DNA from: Malacoraja senta | Lineage: Eukaryota | Length of the DNA: 64,000 nt | NCBI GenBank assembly: GCA_038087875.1 | Contig: JAXLNO010003834.1 | Location: 186,001-250,000, forward strand | Reading direction: 5' to 3' | Shown here: piece by piece, positions 13,245 through 24,236 of the stretch | Position numbering within the stretch: the first letter of the stretch is position 1 | How the letters are laid out: each line of letters begins with the position of its first letter | Made by a program: the position numbers and the translations under genes | Notes under the pieces: generated by a model | Database searches by the model: none | What the model saw: the letters and a program-made list of their open reading frames with translations, nothing else | What the model was told of the DNA's origin: nothing

Positions 13245-13549
13245 GGGCGGCACGGTGACACAGCGGCAGAGTTGCTGCCTTGCAGCGCTTACAGCGCCAG
13301 AGACCCAGGTTCAATCCCGACTACAGAGTTTGTACGTTCTCCCCGTGACCGCGTGGATTTTCTCTGTGATTTTCGGTTTCCTCCCATACTCCAAAGACAT
13401 ACAGGTTTGTAGGTTATTTGGCTCGGTATAAATGTAAAAAAATTGTCCCTAGCGTGTGTCGGATAATGTCAATGTGCGGGGGATCACTGGTCGGTGCGGA
13501 CTTGGTGGGCCGAAGGGCCTGTTTCCGCGCTATATCTCTAAACTAAACT
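13245..13549 (+). mobile_element. HE1/V-SINE-like tRNA-derived SINE, near full length
   Basis: GGGCGGCACGG head, A-box-like TGACACAGCGG, B-box GGTTCAATCCC (13308-13318), V-domain core, CR1-type tail gggccgaagggcctgtttcc, (ctaaa)n end. Confidence 0.9.
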
Positions 13550-13565
13550 GTCTTATAATTCACAT

Positions 13566-13815
13566 CTAGCTGGAGTAACTCAGCGGGACAGGGGGCATCT
13601 CTGGAGAGAAGGAATGGGTGACGTTTCGGGTCGAGACCCTTCTTCAGACTGGTTAAGGATAAGGGAAACGAGAGATATAGACGATGATGTCGAGAAATAA
13701 ATAACAGAAACGTCACCCATTCCTTCCCTCCAGAGATGCTGCCTGTCCGCTGAGTTACTCCAGCTTTTTGTGTCTGTCTTCGGTTTAAACCATCATCTGC
13801 AGTTCCTTCCTTCAC
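13566..13815. mobile_element. PLE-derived fold-back element with intact hammerhead core on - strand
   Basis: Inverted arms; imperfect TSD ataattcacat (13555-13565) / ataactcacat (13816-13826). Confidence 0.85.
13620..13647 (-). ncRNA. Minimal hammerhead ribozyme motif (consensus-like copy)
   Basis: Reverse complement CTGAAGA A GGGTC TC GACCC GAAA CG TC: intact catalytic core, perfect stem II, ACGU palindrome. Confidence 0.7.
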
Positions 13816-14579
13816 ATAACTCACATTGTTGTGGTTGTTATAAAGGGAGGAGCAAAAAGGGGAATTCTGCCTCCCCACAAACCAGAATACATCTCAGAGA
13901 AGTAGGTAAAATAAATGTCTTGACATCTCAGGTGGGGCATTACAGCTGAGTGAGTGCATTCTTTCTGCTAATTACATTAGATTTTTAAACAGAGAATAAA
14001 ATTGATCTCCCTTGGAGAAAAGAAATTACATTTCATTTCGAGGGACAGTGTAATTTTCTGACAACATAAAAGCAGAAACTAGGAACTGCATATGCTATAG
14101 AGTTTACTGTAGAGTTGCTTAGCACCACCAACATAAAAGCATTTTTTTTTTGTATCAATCAAACTTTTCTTGTCACATTTATGATAGTTCCTGGATCTTG
14201 TTTGTTCAGCTGGAAATTCTCCCTAATACCATTCTAACTAGTCTCTACGTGAAAGGGCATGGTGACAACCTTCACAGCCTCACTTGTCTGTAGACAACAG
14301 CACATCAAAGTCAGCAAATGATACAGAACTTTGCAAAGCAAGGGTAATGATTATTACCATTAAAACCTATTGAATTACCATGTTCAGAGAACTTGTGGGA
14401 AGAAGTGTAATTGGATGCCCTTAGAAAAGACTGATTTTGAAAAGCAATCTGCAATGAAAAATCACAATTATGTGTGAATGGCTCTTGGTATCCATTAACA
14501 AAATGTGGCACGGACTTTTAAAAAGGCAAACGAGGCTCAAAAAGAATAGAAACACAAAAGTACCCAATTGAGTACTACA

Positions 14580-14767
14580 GGTAGATAAAAATGCTAGCGA
14601 AACTCAGCGGGTGAGGCAGCATCAATGGAGCGAAGGAATGGGTGACATTTCAGGTCGTCGAGACAACCCGACATTCCTTTGCTCCATAGATGCTGCCTCC
14701 CCAGCTGAGTTTCTCCAGCATTTTCATCTACCATCGATTTTTCCAGCATCTGCAGTTCCTTCTTAAA
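14580..14767. mobile_element. PLE-derived fold-back element, 15-bp TSD
   Basis: TSD caattgagtactaca at 14565-14579 and 14768-14782; inverted arms. Confidence 0.9.
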
Positions 14768-15065
14768 CAATTGAGTACTACAAATCAGTGGATATTCCTC
14801 ACTGGAAAACTGAAGGCACTGTCCTTCAGTTGGCTATTAAGTGCTTAGAAGGATTGCAGGTAATGCTCAATATGATATTACTGGGGATGTGGGGTGTTAT
14901 CTGTGAAAGAGCATGTGAAAGTTACGATTGTTGCAGTGGGATAAGATTAAACTGTGAGCTAACAGAGATTTTCATCATAATGCGCATTGTTCATAGATTG
15001 CAGAAAACTCCTCCTCCCACGAGTGAGTTTGTGACCAAAGATTGTGCATTTATAATTACAAGTGA

Positions 15066-15512
15066 GTTTAGTTCAGAGATATAGCATAGAAACAGGCCCT
15101 TCGGCCCATGGAGTTCACATCGACCATTGATCCCCATACACTAGTTCTATGCTATCCCACTTTCACATCCAGCCCACTGGGGGCAATTCATGGGGCGACT
15201 CTTTGCACACTTTGGGTGTACAAAACAAAGAATATCATTGTGACTGGTCACCTGTGGACAATAAAGTATCATTCATTCATTCATTCAATATTATCCAACA
15301 TTCTCATCCACTATCCACACACTAGGGGCAATATACGTAGGCCAATTAACCTGCAAACCTGCATGTCTTTGGAATGTGGGAGGAAACCAGAGCACCCGGA
15401 GAAAACCCACGCAGTCACAAGGAGAATGTACAAACTCCACACAGACAGCATCCACAGTCAGGATCGCACCTGTGTCTTTGGCACTGTAAGGCAGCAACTC
15501 TGCCACTCTACC
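15066..15512 (-). mobile_element. HE1/V-SINE-like copy interrupted by a + strand LINE 3' tail (~15200-15288)
   Basis: SINE tail at 15066 and head at ~15512; the insert ends aataaagtatcattcattcattcattca, like the Rex1 tail at 33398. Confidence 0.8.
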
Positions 15513-16322
15513 GATGTAAAGCAAGGATCTATTTTCATTTGCTTTTGGTCCCACATGAACAGTTCTGTCAGCCAAGGCAATGAAAGGTGATTCCATAAAT
15601 ACATTTAAAGGTTTACAAGTTGCAGTGGCAAAAGGACATCTGCTCATTCAAAGAGTCAGTACGGACATGGAAATGCAGAAGGCTTCCTCAGTTGCAACTA
15701 GTTTCTATGATTCTTTGTTTCATTATTAATGATGGTCTCATGGTGTCTAATGCACTCCTGTTGTCCAAAGGGTGGATTGTAGACTGTTTGTAACATTCGC
15801 AGCACACAACAGTTATACAATGGCTTCATAATCCATTCTAATTTACATCTATATGTTACTGGCAGAATAAAACAATAAAGTTCACGTATGCTATTAAGTT
15901 CAAGTAATCACATCCATTTCTTGATAACCCAAAGATGAAACTCGCTGCTGAGAAAAGGCTACTACAGACTACTGTAAATCTTTTTGATGGAACTCACTCC
16001 CTGAAGAAGCTGAAAGGCTTCTGGCTTTTGTCAAATGCCGTTCCTCTGAGTAATAAATGTCATAGTGCAAAGAACAAAAGGAACAAAATGCATGCAGATT
16101 TGTAACTTTCAAAAAATGATGTGTAAAAATTCATTGAAATAGTTCGAGCATTTCACCTCACTACCTCAAATGGACATTTACTTCTATGATATTAAATAGT
16201 CCACATCATTGTTACCTGCTCTGGTCCCATATTCTTTAATCTCCTTTTCTAGGCTTCACCCATCTAATCTAATTTTGAATGTTGGCAGAGTTCTGTCTAT
16301 AGCCACTGCACAGTCCCTCAAA

Positions 16323-16622
16323 GTTTAGTTTAGATCAGAGGTACAGCATGGAAACAGGCCCTTTGGCCCACCAAGTCAACGTGGACCATCGATCACCCAT
16401 TCACAATAATTCAATGTTACACACTACCAGCGTTTTACAGAGCCCGGTTACTCTACAAACTCTCATTTCTTGGGTGGAAACTGGAGCACCCAGAGGGAAC
16501 CCATGTGGTCACAGGGAGAATATGCAAACTGCGCACTGACAGAACCCGGGGTCAGGATCGAACCTGGGTCTCTGGCGCTGTGAGCCGGCACAAGCTCTAC
16601 CAGCAGTGCCACTATGCCGCCC
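16323..16622 (-). mobile_element. HE1/V-SINE-like copy
   Basis: gtttagtttag tail, ggaaacaggccct, head ...gccactatgccgccc. Confidence 0.85.
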
Positions 16623-16633
16623 TTGTGCACATA

Positions 16634-16893
16634 GATCCTGACTACGGGTGCTGTCTGTGTGGAGTTTTTACGTTCTCAACGTGACCTGCGTGGGTTTTCG
16701 CCGAGATCTTCGGTTTCCTCCCACACTCCAAAGACGTACAGGTTTGTAGGTTGATTGGCTTGGTAAATGTAAAAATTGTCTCTAGTGTGTGTAGGATAGT
16801 GTTAATATGCGGGGATCGCTGGTCGGCACGGACTCGGTGAGCCGAAGTGCCTGTTTCCACACTGTATCTCTAAACTAAAAAAACTAAACTAAA
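16634..16893 (+). mobile_element. HE1/V-SINE-like copy, 5'-truncated
   Basis: Starts at gatcctgactacgggtgctg; V-domain core; (ctaaa)n tail. Confidence 0.9.
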
Positions 16894-17114
16894 TAAATTC
16901 CATAATGATTTCCTATGAAGTTAATTCTCCTAATCCTTACATTTAATTTGTATCAGCTCCCCCTCTCAGTACTCCCCAACAGCACAGTCATGATCTTCTA
17001 GTTTTGGAAATCATCTGCTTCTGATATCGCTGCCCATTGTCTTCAAAATTTTAAACATTTCTTTACTATCTTTATTAATCTGTACTGTTCAGATGACAAA
17101 AGGCCTATTTTTCG

Positions 17115-17245
17115 GGGGCTGGGGGTTAAGGGGAGAAGGTAGGAGAATAGGTTTGAGAGGGAAAGATAGATCAGCCATGATTGAATGGCAGAGTAATCTC
17201 GATGGGCCAAATGGCCTAATTCTGCCAGTGTAACCTATGAACTTT
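17115..17245 (+). mobile_element. CR1 3' tail fragment (another on - strand at ~18112-18232)
   Basis: ggggagaaggtaggagaatagg...gatcagccatgattgaatggc. Confidence 0.8.
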
Positions 17246-20200
17246 TTCAAATCAAAATTGTGCTCAGTCGTTGTCCAATGGCCGAGTTCTGTGTGACATT
17301 GTGTATCAGTATTATGCTAAGATCTTGTACCAGCACAAATACTTATTTGGTTATATTTAAATGTCAGCCAGTATTTGTCCGAGACATGCAGAGAGGAACC
17401 TTCACCCTTAACTGAAGCACAATACTTCATCAGCTAATTTTTGCTTCTCATGTTTTTCCCAAGATGATACTGGGTTATGGCAGTGAGAAATTGATTTTCT
17501 TTGCAGGAAAAAGGAAAGAAAATACACCTGTTTTCTGGGGAAATGGCATTGTGACAGGATAAAAACTCAGCCCTCAATGATAAAATTTCTAAAAAACAAC
17601 CAGAAATGGAAGTTGGGACAGCCAGAGTTTTAATACTGAATGACAGAACCTTAAGAGTTTTCTTAAGGATTGGCCAGTTGTATTTAGTCCTATGTTTGGA
17701 TTTTCATATTTTTATTAAGGAGTTCTTAAAAATTCGGGTGTATAGTGTGAAAGGAACTGTGGCGACATGCATGAAAAGTTGGTTGACAAGCTTAAAACAA
17801 CATGTTTCAAAGATTAGTGAAAATCGGTGATTGAATTGGACAAAGAGCAATGCTGGTTCTTCTCCCTTTTTCAAAGTATATCATTGTCTTCAGCTTGGGG
17901 ACAATTTACTAGTTTTCTAAACAATACTTGGAGTTTCACAAACAACTTTGAGTATTTGGGAAACATTGGTATAGGCTGCTGGTGACGGCCTTTAAATAAA
18001 AACGAATTATAGAAGGCAGTCGAGTAGTGTACTGGTAGTTTTGAAGAACATTTTCCACCGAGGACCAAGAAGAAGGGGATGATGAAGGAACAGGGAGCAT
18101 TGGTAGGAGGAAAGTTCATAAGTGATAGGAGCAGAATTAGGCCATTCGGCCCATCAAGTCTACTCTACCATTCAATCATGATCTTACCGTCTTAAATCCA
18201 TTCTCCTACCTTCTCCCCATAACCCTTGACTAGATAACAGAAGAGCACAGTGCCAACAGCCTGCAGCTCCTACACCATAGCCACGAGAAGGCACAGGAAG
18301 GTAATCACATCCGTAAAGGTGAGCAGGTTCTGTAGCAGCAGAGCAGCTGCAGAAAAGGCTGCCAAGTGGCTGAGGGGAACATCATGGGACTCACAAGGCC
18401 TTCAGTGTGGCCACCCTGCCACATAAACTCCTCAATCCCCTTTTACAATTACTGGCACAGATTGAGCTCTGTACTGCCATTTTCCCTCAGTCCCAGGCAG
18501 ACACAGACCACAGCAATGAGTATTGCGAGACCACGCTGCAAGAAGTATGCAGAGCATTAAACTCTGACAGGCATGAGCAGGCAGCGGCACATCACTGCGG
18601 CCTTTGGCATCCTTGCATTCATATCTGTACATGACAACTTGCTGCCTGTTTTGCTCCCTGTTTTTGCTGGGAGTCGTAAACAAAATTCTAAGTGTAAATT
18701 ATAAAAATGAATGCATTTCTGAGACAAATGATTTTAGTCCATCACCTCTGTGACTTTTCTGACAGCATTTGTACAAATTAGACAAGATTTGTGATGAAGA
18801 ATGATCTAGCCCAGGTAGCGATCTTTGTATTAAGTTGTTTAACACTGATCAGTCTAATTGATCAGTCTAATAATAGAAGCTACTGAAATCCATTGTGTTG
18901 TTCAAGTTCAGTTATTAATATCTAGTCCATGATGATCAATTTTAATGTGCGTGGGTTACGCAGGAATAGAGGTTCATAGCATGAAGTAGATAAGAACAAG
19001 TTGTGTTTTCCACTCAACGTTCTCATCTTAAATTCCCAGCTCAGTACAGCTATTTGACCATTATTGTTTTTGATTCAACATAACTAACTGTATTTTTGAA
19101 TTTCCTAAAACATTACTTTTAGTTTGTTCAAGGGTGCAGGACCATGACACACTGTTTCCTATGGTTGGATGCATTTAAATATGAAAGGATGGCTGAGACC
19201 CAGAGTGCATACAGCATAGCTTAGATCCTGAAGCAGAAAGATTCCATCCAATTTGAGACAAAAACTGCAAGCAATTGGGACATTCCCAGTAACTGACGTG
19301 GCAGCCATTTGTTCTCTTTGTAAGGGGGATTTAATCCTCTTCTATACATCGCACTTGTGGCTTGCAAATGGTACCAAAACCACTAAACACATGGTTTGAT
19401 AATAGTGCACATCATCTAAATTGTAAGCAGGTTGTGTGTCATATTTTACTTGTATCCGCTGCCCAGATGTTGAGTTTAGTGGAATGACTGTTCACTGACC
19501 TTACATTCGCAGGAGCACCAGACCTCGCTTCTCAGCATGGGTCCTGCTGAATGTTGTTGAATTGTGTTGTTAATAAGCCGAATACTTTTCTACGGTTTTG
19601 AGAATCTGTTCGACGAGGCTGTTTTAACTAATCTGATTGTACACTGGTCGAGTGAACTATAAGATTTTGTTCATACACCCCAGAGCTTAAAACCAGAATC
19701 ACAAAATGGTTGCACCATAGAATGAGCCCATTTGCTTAATAAGTCCGTTCCAGGTCCATTGAGGAGCAATTCACCAGTACCTTATTCCCATAGCCAATAA
19801 ATTCCTTTCTTTCAGCTATTTGTCTTGCTTCACTTTAGATGTTACATTCAAATTTGTCTGGCAGTACATTCCAGACCTAATGACTTGCTGTATATATATA
19901 TATATTTTTTTTTTTAAATCCTTGAGTCATATTTGATTCTGTTGCTAATCACCTTTGTTCTGCACTCCCTCATTCTCCACCCCTACACCAATGTGAATGC
20001 TTTCTCTCCATCGGCTGTGTCTATATGCACGTTTTTTAAATTGTTCTATCTGATCCCGGCCCAACCAACCTCTTCTATTTCAAGGGGAACAACCCTGGTT
20101 CTCCAATGTATCCACAAAAAGATCTCATCCCTGGAATAATGATTGGAAATTTCCTCAGCACCCTCTCTTGAACTCTCGTACATTTTCCTAAAGTGTGGTC

Positions 20201-21097
20201 TTTTCTCTTCACTGGAAAAAGTTTGGTACGTTCTTGGCTGGAAATTAATGAATGTTGCACAGAGGTAGTGAGAGTTACGTGGGTGAGTTTGGTCGTAAAT
20301 TGCAGGAATGCCACCATGCTGTGCGATTAGTGTGAACCTGCAACTTTTGGGTGCACTTAGATGATGTCATATCTCATGCACTGCTCATTTGCAGCTGAAA
20401 ATGGGTTATGATTTCTGCTGTGGGGCACTTGGGGAATGAGGTATTCACAGTTACATTTGTTTTATCGGAGCTATTTAAAGGTTACTCAGCAGAAATGTAT
20501 GTGCCCATATGTAATAATAATGTTCTCAGGCTGTTCCACTTTAAGCATTGTATCTTGTAACCAACTGCTGCCTTATGAGGCAACACTGTTCAGAAATATA
20601 GGCAAGTTTTTGGCACTCTGAAGAAGAATGCTGTTCCTGACACTGAAAGCTTTTAATTCATTAATATAATAATTTTATAGTTTGAACTCTGCACTTTTTA
20701 GGAATCCAAATGAGAGATACTTAGGTGTCAGCCATTTTAGCATTCCTGCTGATCAAGTTAGAGCCGTATATCCATGTCATTATCTCTTAGATACTGGAAG
20801 CTGATAAGTTAAACTGGCAAAATGTAAACTTTTTTATTTAGTAAAACAGAGAATGCCAAAATGATTATTTTTGTGTGCTTCCTGTTAGACAAGCAACCAG
20901 TCAAATAATCCCAAAGTAACAAGTAACAATAAACACACAGGGTGCAGTTAGTCAAGTGGTACATATCTTAAAGGAGTGTTTAATAAATATGGCATAAACT
21001 GTCCTACATCCTTGCTTTAATAACGAAAAAAGAAAAAGTGAAACAAAATTAGGCAATGTAAATGTCTGAGTAATTTGACACATCCTTCAGAGACTTT

Positions 21098-21452
21098 ATT
21101 CTTAAGGGGTTGGACAGGCTAGATGCAGGAAGATTGTTCCCGATGTTGGGGAAGTCCAGAACAAGGGGTCACAGTTTACGGATAAGGGGGAAGTCTTTTA
21201 GGACCGAGATGAGAAAATCATTTTTCACACAGAGAGTGGTGAATCTGTGGAATTCTCTGCCACAGAAGGTAGTTGAGGCCAGTTCATTGGCTATATTTAA
21301 GATGGAGTTAGATGTGGCCCTTGTGGCTAAAGGGATCAGGGGGTATGGAGAGAAGGCAGGTACAGGATACTGAGTTGGATGATCAGCCATGATCATATTG
21401 AATGGCGGTGCAGGCTCGAAGGGCCGAATGGCCTACTCTAGTTTCTATGTTT
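21098..21452 (+). mobile_element. Young 5'-truncated CR1 (HER1-like) LINE
   Basis: ORF 21110-21373 (DRLDAGRLFPMLGKSRTRGHSLRIRG...FFTQRVVNLWNSLP) is the CR1 ORF2 C-terminus, followed by a 3'UTR tail. Confidence 0.92.
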
Positions 21453-21867
21453 ATCGTGGACCATTCTTCCATATTTGGACTTTCCTGTATTGTGATAGTT
21501 TTGAGCCTTCTCGCTAGGTTTCCTCACTCTCTCTTGTTGTGTGGGGTTAGTGAAGTACCAAATCTGGGTCACACTGAGGAAATTGAGATTTGGCCTTTAA
21601 ATCTATCAATAAGCTACCGAGTTCTGGGTTTTGCAGTACATGCACTTATATCTGAGACCTGTGGCCACTTAAACTGCTGATTGGAACTCCCAGTAAAACT
21701 GAGCTCAGTCTTGTTGTCAACAAATGTTGATGTGTGGAAAACGCTTCCAGCTGTACATCCTGCTTGCAACGCGGAAATGATTGATGTTTGTGGTTGGTGA
21801 CTGAGTGGAATATACAATAAAGTGAGTTTTGAATCAAGTTAAAACTGTAAAGTTTTGGAGTAATAGA

Positions 21868-22205
21868 CAAATTACAGAGTTATACAGCACAGAAACAGAC
21901 CCTTCAGCCCAACTTGTCCATGCAAACCAAGATGCCCCATCTAAACCAGTCCCATTTGCCCACATTTGGTCCATATCCTTCTAAAAAAACTTTCCTATCC
22001 ATGTAACTGTTCAGTGTCTTTTAAATGTTTAAATGTTGTGTCCCAACTACCTTGTCAGGCATCTCATTCCATATACCATATCCACCACCCTCTGAGTGAA
22101 AAACTTGCCCCTCGGGTTCCTATTAAATCTATATCCTCTGATTCTTGATTCCCCTACCCTGGGTAAATGGCGCTTTGCAGTCACCCTATTCATTCCCCTC
22201 ATGGT
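21868..22205 (-). mobile_element. CR1 3' fragment (second subfamily)
   Basis: acagcacagaaacagacccttcagcccaacttgtccatg...accaccctctgagtgaaaaacttgcccct. Confidence 0.8.
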
Positions 22206-22329
22206 TTCCCAAAGCTCTATGGATTCTGGAATTTGTTCCTGTAGATTGAAATGTCCAAATGTAACCCCACAAATGAAGAAAGAAAGGGGTGGGAAAATAG
22301 GGTCGCTGTTAGTCCAATATCAGTAGCTG

Positions 22330-23245
22330 GGGAAATACTGTTACATATAATGAAAGATTGATTATCAAAACATCTTGAATAGGGTAATAGGATTGAGAAG
22401 AATCAGCATGAATTTATGAAAGGTAAATCAGGTTTGAATAATCCATTGGGTGGCACAGTGTGGCCATTGGTAGAGCTGCTGCCTCCCATCACCAGAGTCC
22501 CAGAGACAATCCTGACCTCGAATGCCGTCTGTGTGGAGTTTGCATGTTCTCCCTGTGACTATGTGGGTTTCCTCCGGGTGCTCCGGTTTCCTCCCACATC
22601 CCAAAGACATACGGATTTGTAGATTAACTACCCAATGTAAATGTCCCAAGTGTGGAGGGAGTGGATGAGAAAGTGAGATATCATAAAACTAGTGTGAACA
22701 GCTGATCGATGGTTGTGGTGGACGAAGGGCCAGTTTCCATGCTGTATGTGTCTCTAAAACTAAAACACTGGAATACTTTGGGGATGTAACAAGCAGAAGA
22801 GATAAGGGGACTTCAAATATATTGGGTTTGCCATACAAGGAGAGGTTGAGTAGACTACGTGTCTATTCTGTAGAATTTAGATGAATGGAAGACGGTTTCA
22901 TGAAACTTACAACATTTCTCTGAGGCTTGAAGGTTGGATGCAGGAAGAATGTTTCCACTGGCAGAGTCAAGAAGCAGGGATCCCATCTCAGAACAAGAGG
23001 TGGGCTGGTTAGTTCTGAGGAGGAGAATTATTTTTACACATAGAGTGGTGAATCTACCAAATTCTCCATCCAAGAGGGCTGTGCAGACTCAGTTGTTAAG
23101 ATTGAAAGATTTCTTGAACGTTAAGGGAATCAGGCTACAGGAGGAACGTGCAGGGACACAGTTGGCAGAAGAAACTCAGCATTGATCTTAATGAATGGTG
23201 GAGCAGGATTCAACGGGCAAGAGGCCTGCTCCTGCTGTTTGTGTT
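22330..23245 (+). mobile_element. Old CR1 RT fragment plus 3' end, split by a SINE
   Basis: QHEFMKGKSGLNNPL before and LEYFGDVTSRRDKG after the SINE (cf. CR1 RT QHGF.KGKSCLTNLLEFFEDVT); DAGRMFPL...HRVVNL downstream. Confidence 0.75.
22448..22766 (+). mobile_element. HE1/V-SINE-like copy
   Basis: gggtggcacagtg head, V-domain core, ctaaaactaaaac tail. Confidence 0.88.
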
Positions 23246-23449
23246 GTTATATTCACAGTTGCAATTTGCCACAGTCACATTGTATTCTGTGAAATTGAAA
23301 AATATCAGGAGTAAAACCAACCCAACAGACAGAAAACACACTCTGAAATAAAACAAAAAATGTACAAAATGCTCGCCAGTATTTCTCCTAAGTATTCACC
23401 TATGGGAAATGTTGTCAACAGCGCTGTCTAGTAACACTTAACCAAAACC

Positions 23450-23700
23450 TGCTCACCGTTGCCAAGTTTGTTTTTTTCCAAGACCACTTGGCTCCACATT
23501 TTATCACAGCCTTTGTCCAAATATGGTCCAAAGAGCTGAATTCAAAGATGAGGTGAGAGTGACTGCCCTTTACATCAAGGCAACATTTGAAGTGTGTGTG
23601 TGTGTGTGTATTCAAGGACCCCTCTGAGAAATCAAGGTGAAAATACTCTTGCGGCTAATTTTATTCTTATACAAAAGAAATTACGTGTGGTTATTGTGGG
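23450..23700 (+). mobile_element. Ancient L2/CR1-group RT remnant containing a (GT)n run
   Basis: Across frameshifts reads HLAPHFITAFVQIWSKELNS..EVRVTALYIKATFE, resembling the RT motif ..ALDIKAAFDRV. Confidence 0.55.
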
Positions 23701-24024
23701 GGCGTGCAGGTAGTGAGCAGGGACCTGCCAGGACTTTTGTGAGTGTCCCTGTTTGAGGGGAGGTTGAGCCATGAAGGGGAAGGATTTGTGTGCAGTGGGG
23801 TTGGGAGAGAGGCCAATGAATGAGGCCTCTCTGGCACATTTGTGTGGCTACAGGGATGGGGAATGGTGTGGAGGGTGAGGAGACTAACCATCACTTTTCA
23901 GGGATGGGGTAAAGGTTGTGATCAGAGGTTCTGTGTAATGGTGCATGAACATGTGAGCATTCGGGGACTTGCCAGCATCCTTGTAAGTGAAGAAAGGGAA
24001 ATCAGTGAGAAAGATATTGGAGCG

Positions 24025-24236
24025 GATACAAGGAACTGCGAATGCTGGAATCTTGTGCAAAATATAAAGTGCTGGAGTAACTCAGTGGGTCAGGTAGCAT
24101 CTCTGGAGAACACGGATAGGCGATATTTTGGGTCAGTCTGAACAATGGTCCCGACCCAAAACGTCACCTATCCATTTTCTCCAGAGATGCTGCCTGACCC
24201 GCTGAGTTACTCCAGCATTTTGTTTTTGCTCAAGAT
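24025..24236. mobile_element. Older PLE-derived fold-back element
   Basis: Long arm acaaggaactgcgaatgctgg..., decayed hammerhead ctgaacaatggtcccgacccaaaacgtc, short arm ending ...gcattttgtttttgctcaag. Confidence 0.8.

Noticed and set aside
13245-13320. tRNA genes
   Set aside because: The A/B boxes belong to SINE heads followed by V core and CR1 tail; no complete cloverleaf.
14580-14767. Fold-back elements as classical MITEs or miRNA precursors
   Set aside because: Long variable TSDs, asymmetric ends, variable centres and colinearity with a PLE ORF end argue for a retroelement origin; no small-RNA evidence is available.
15108-15647. 160-aa and 118-aa ORFs (and similar ORFs at 16642, 22416, 30305, 57789, 63050)
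   Set aside because: Chance frames through V-SINE copies; the recurring ECGRKPEHPE peptide is antisense SINE core.
18235-18683. GC-richer segment with three overlapping ORFs as exon or Harbinger transposase relic
   Set aside because: No recognisable motif or convincing splice-site pair; left unannotated.
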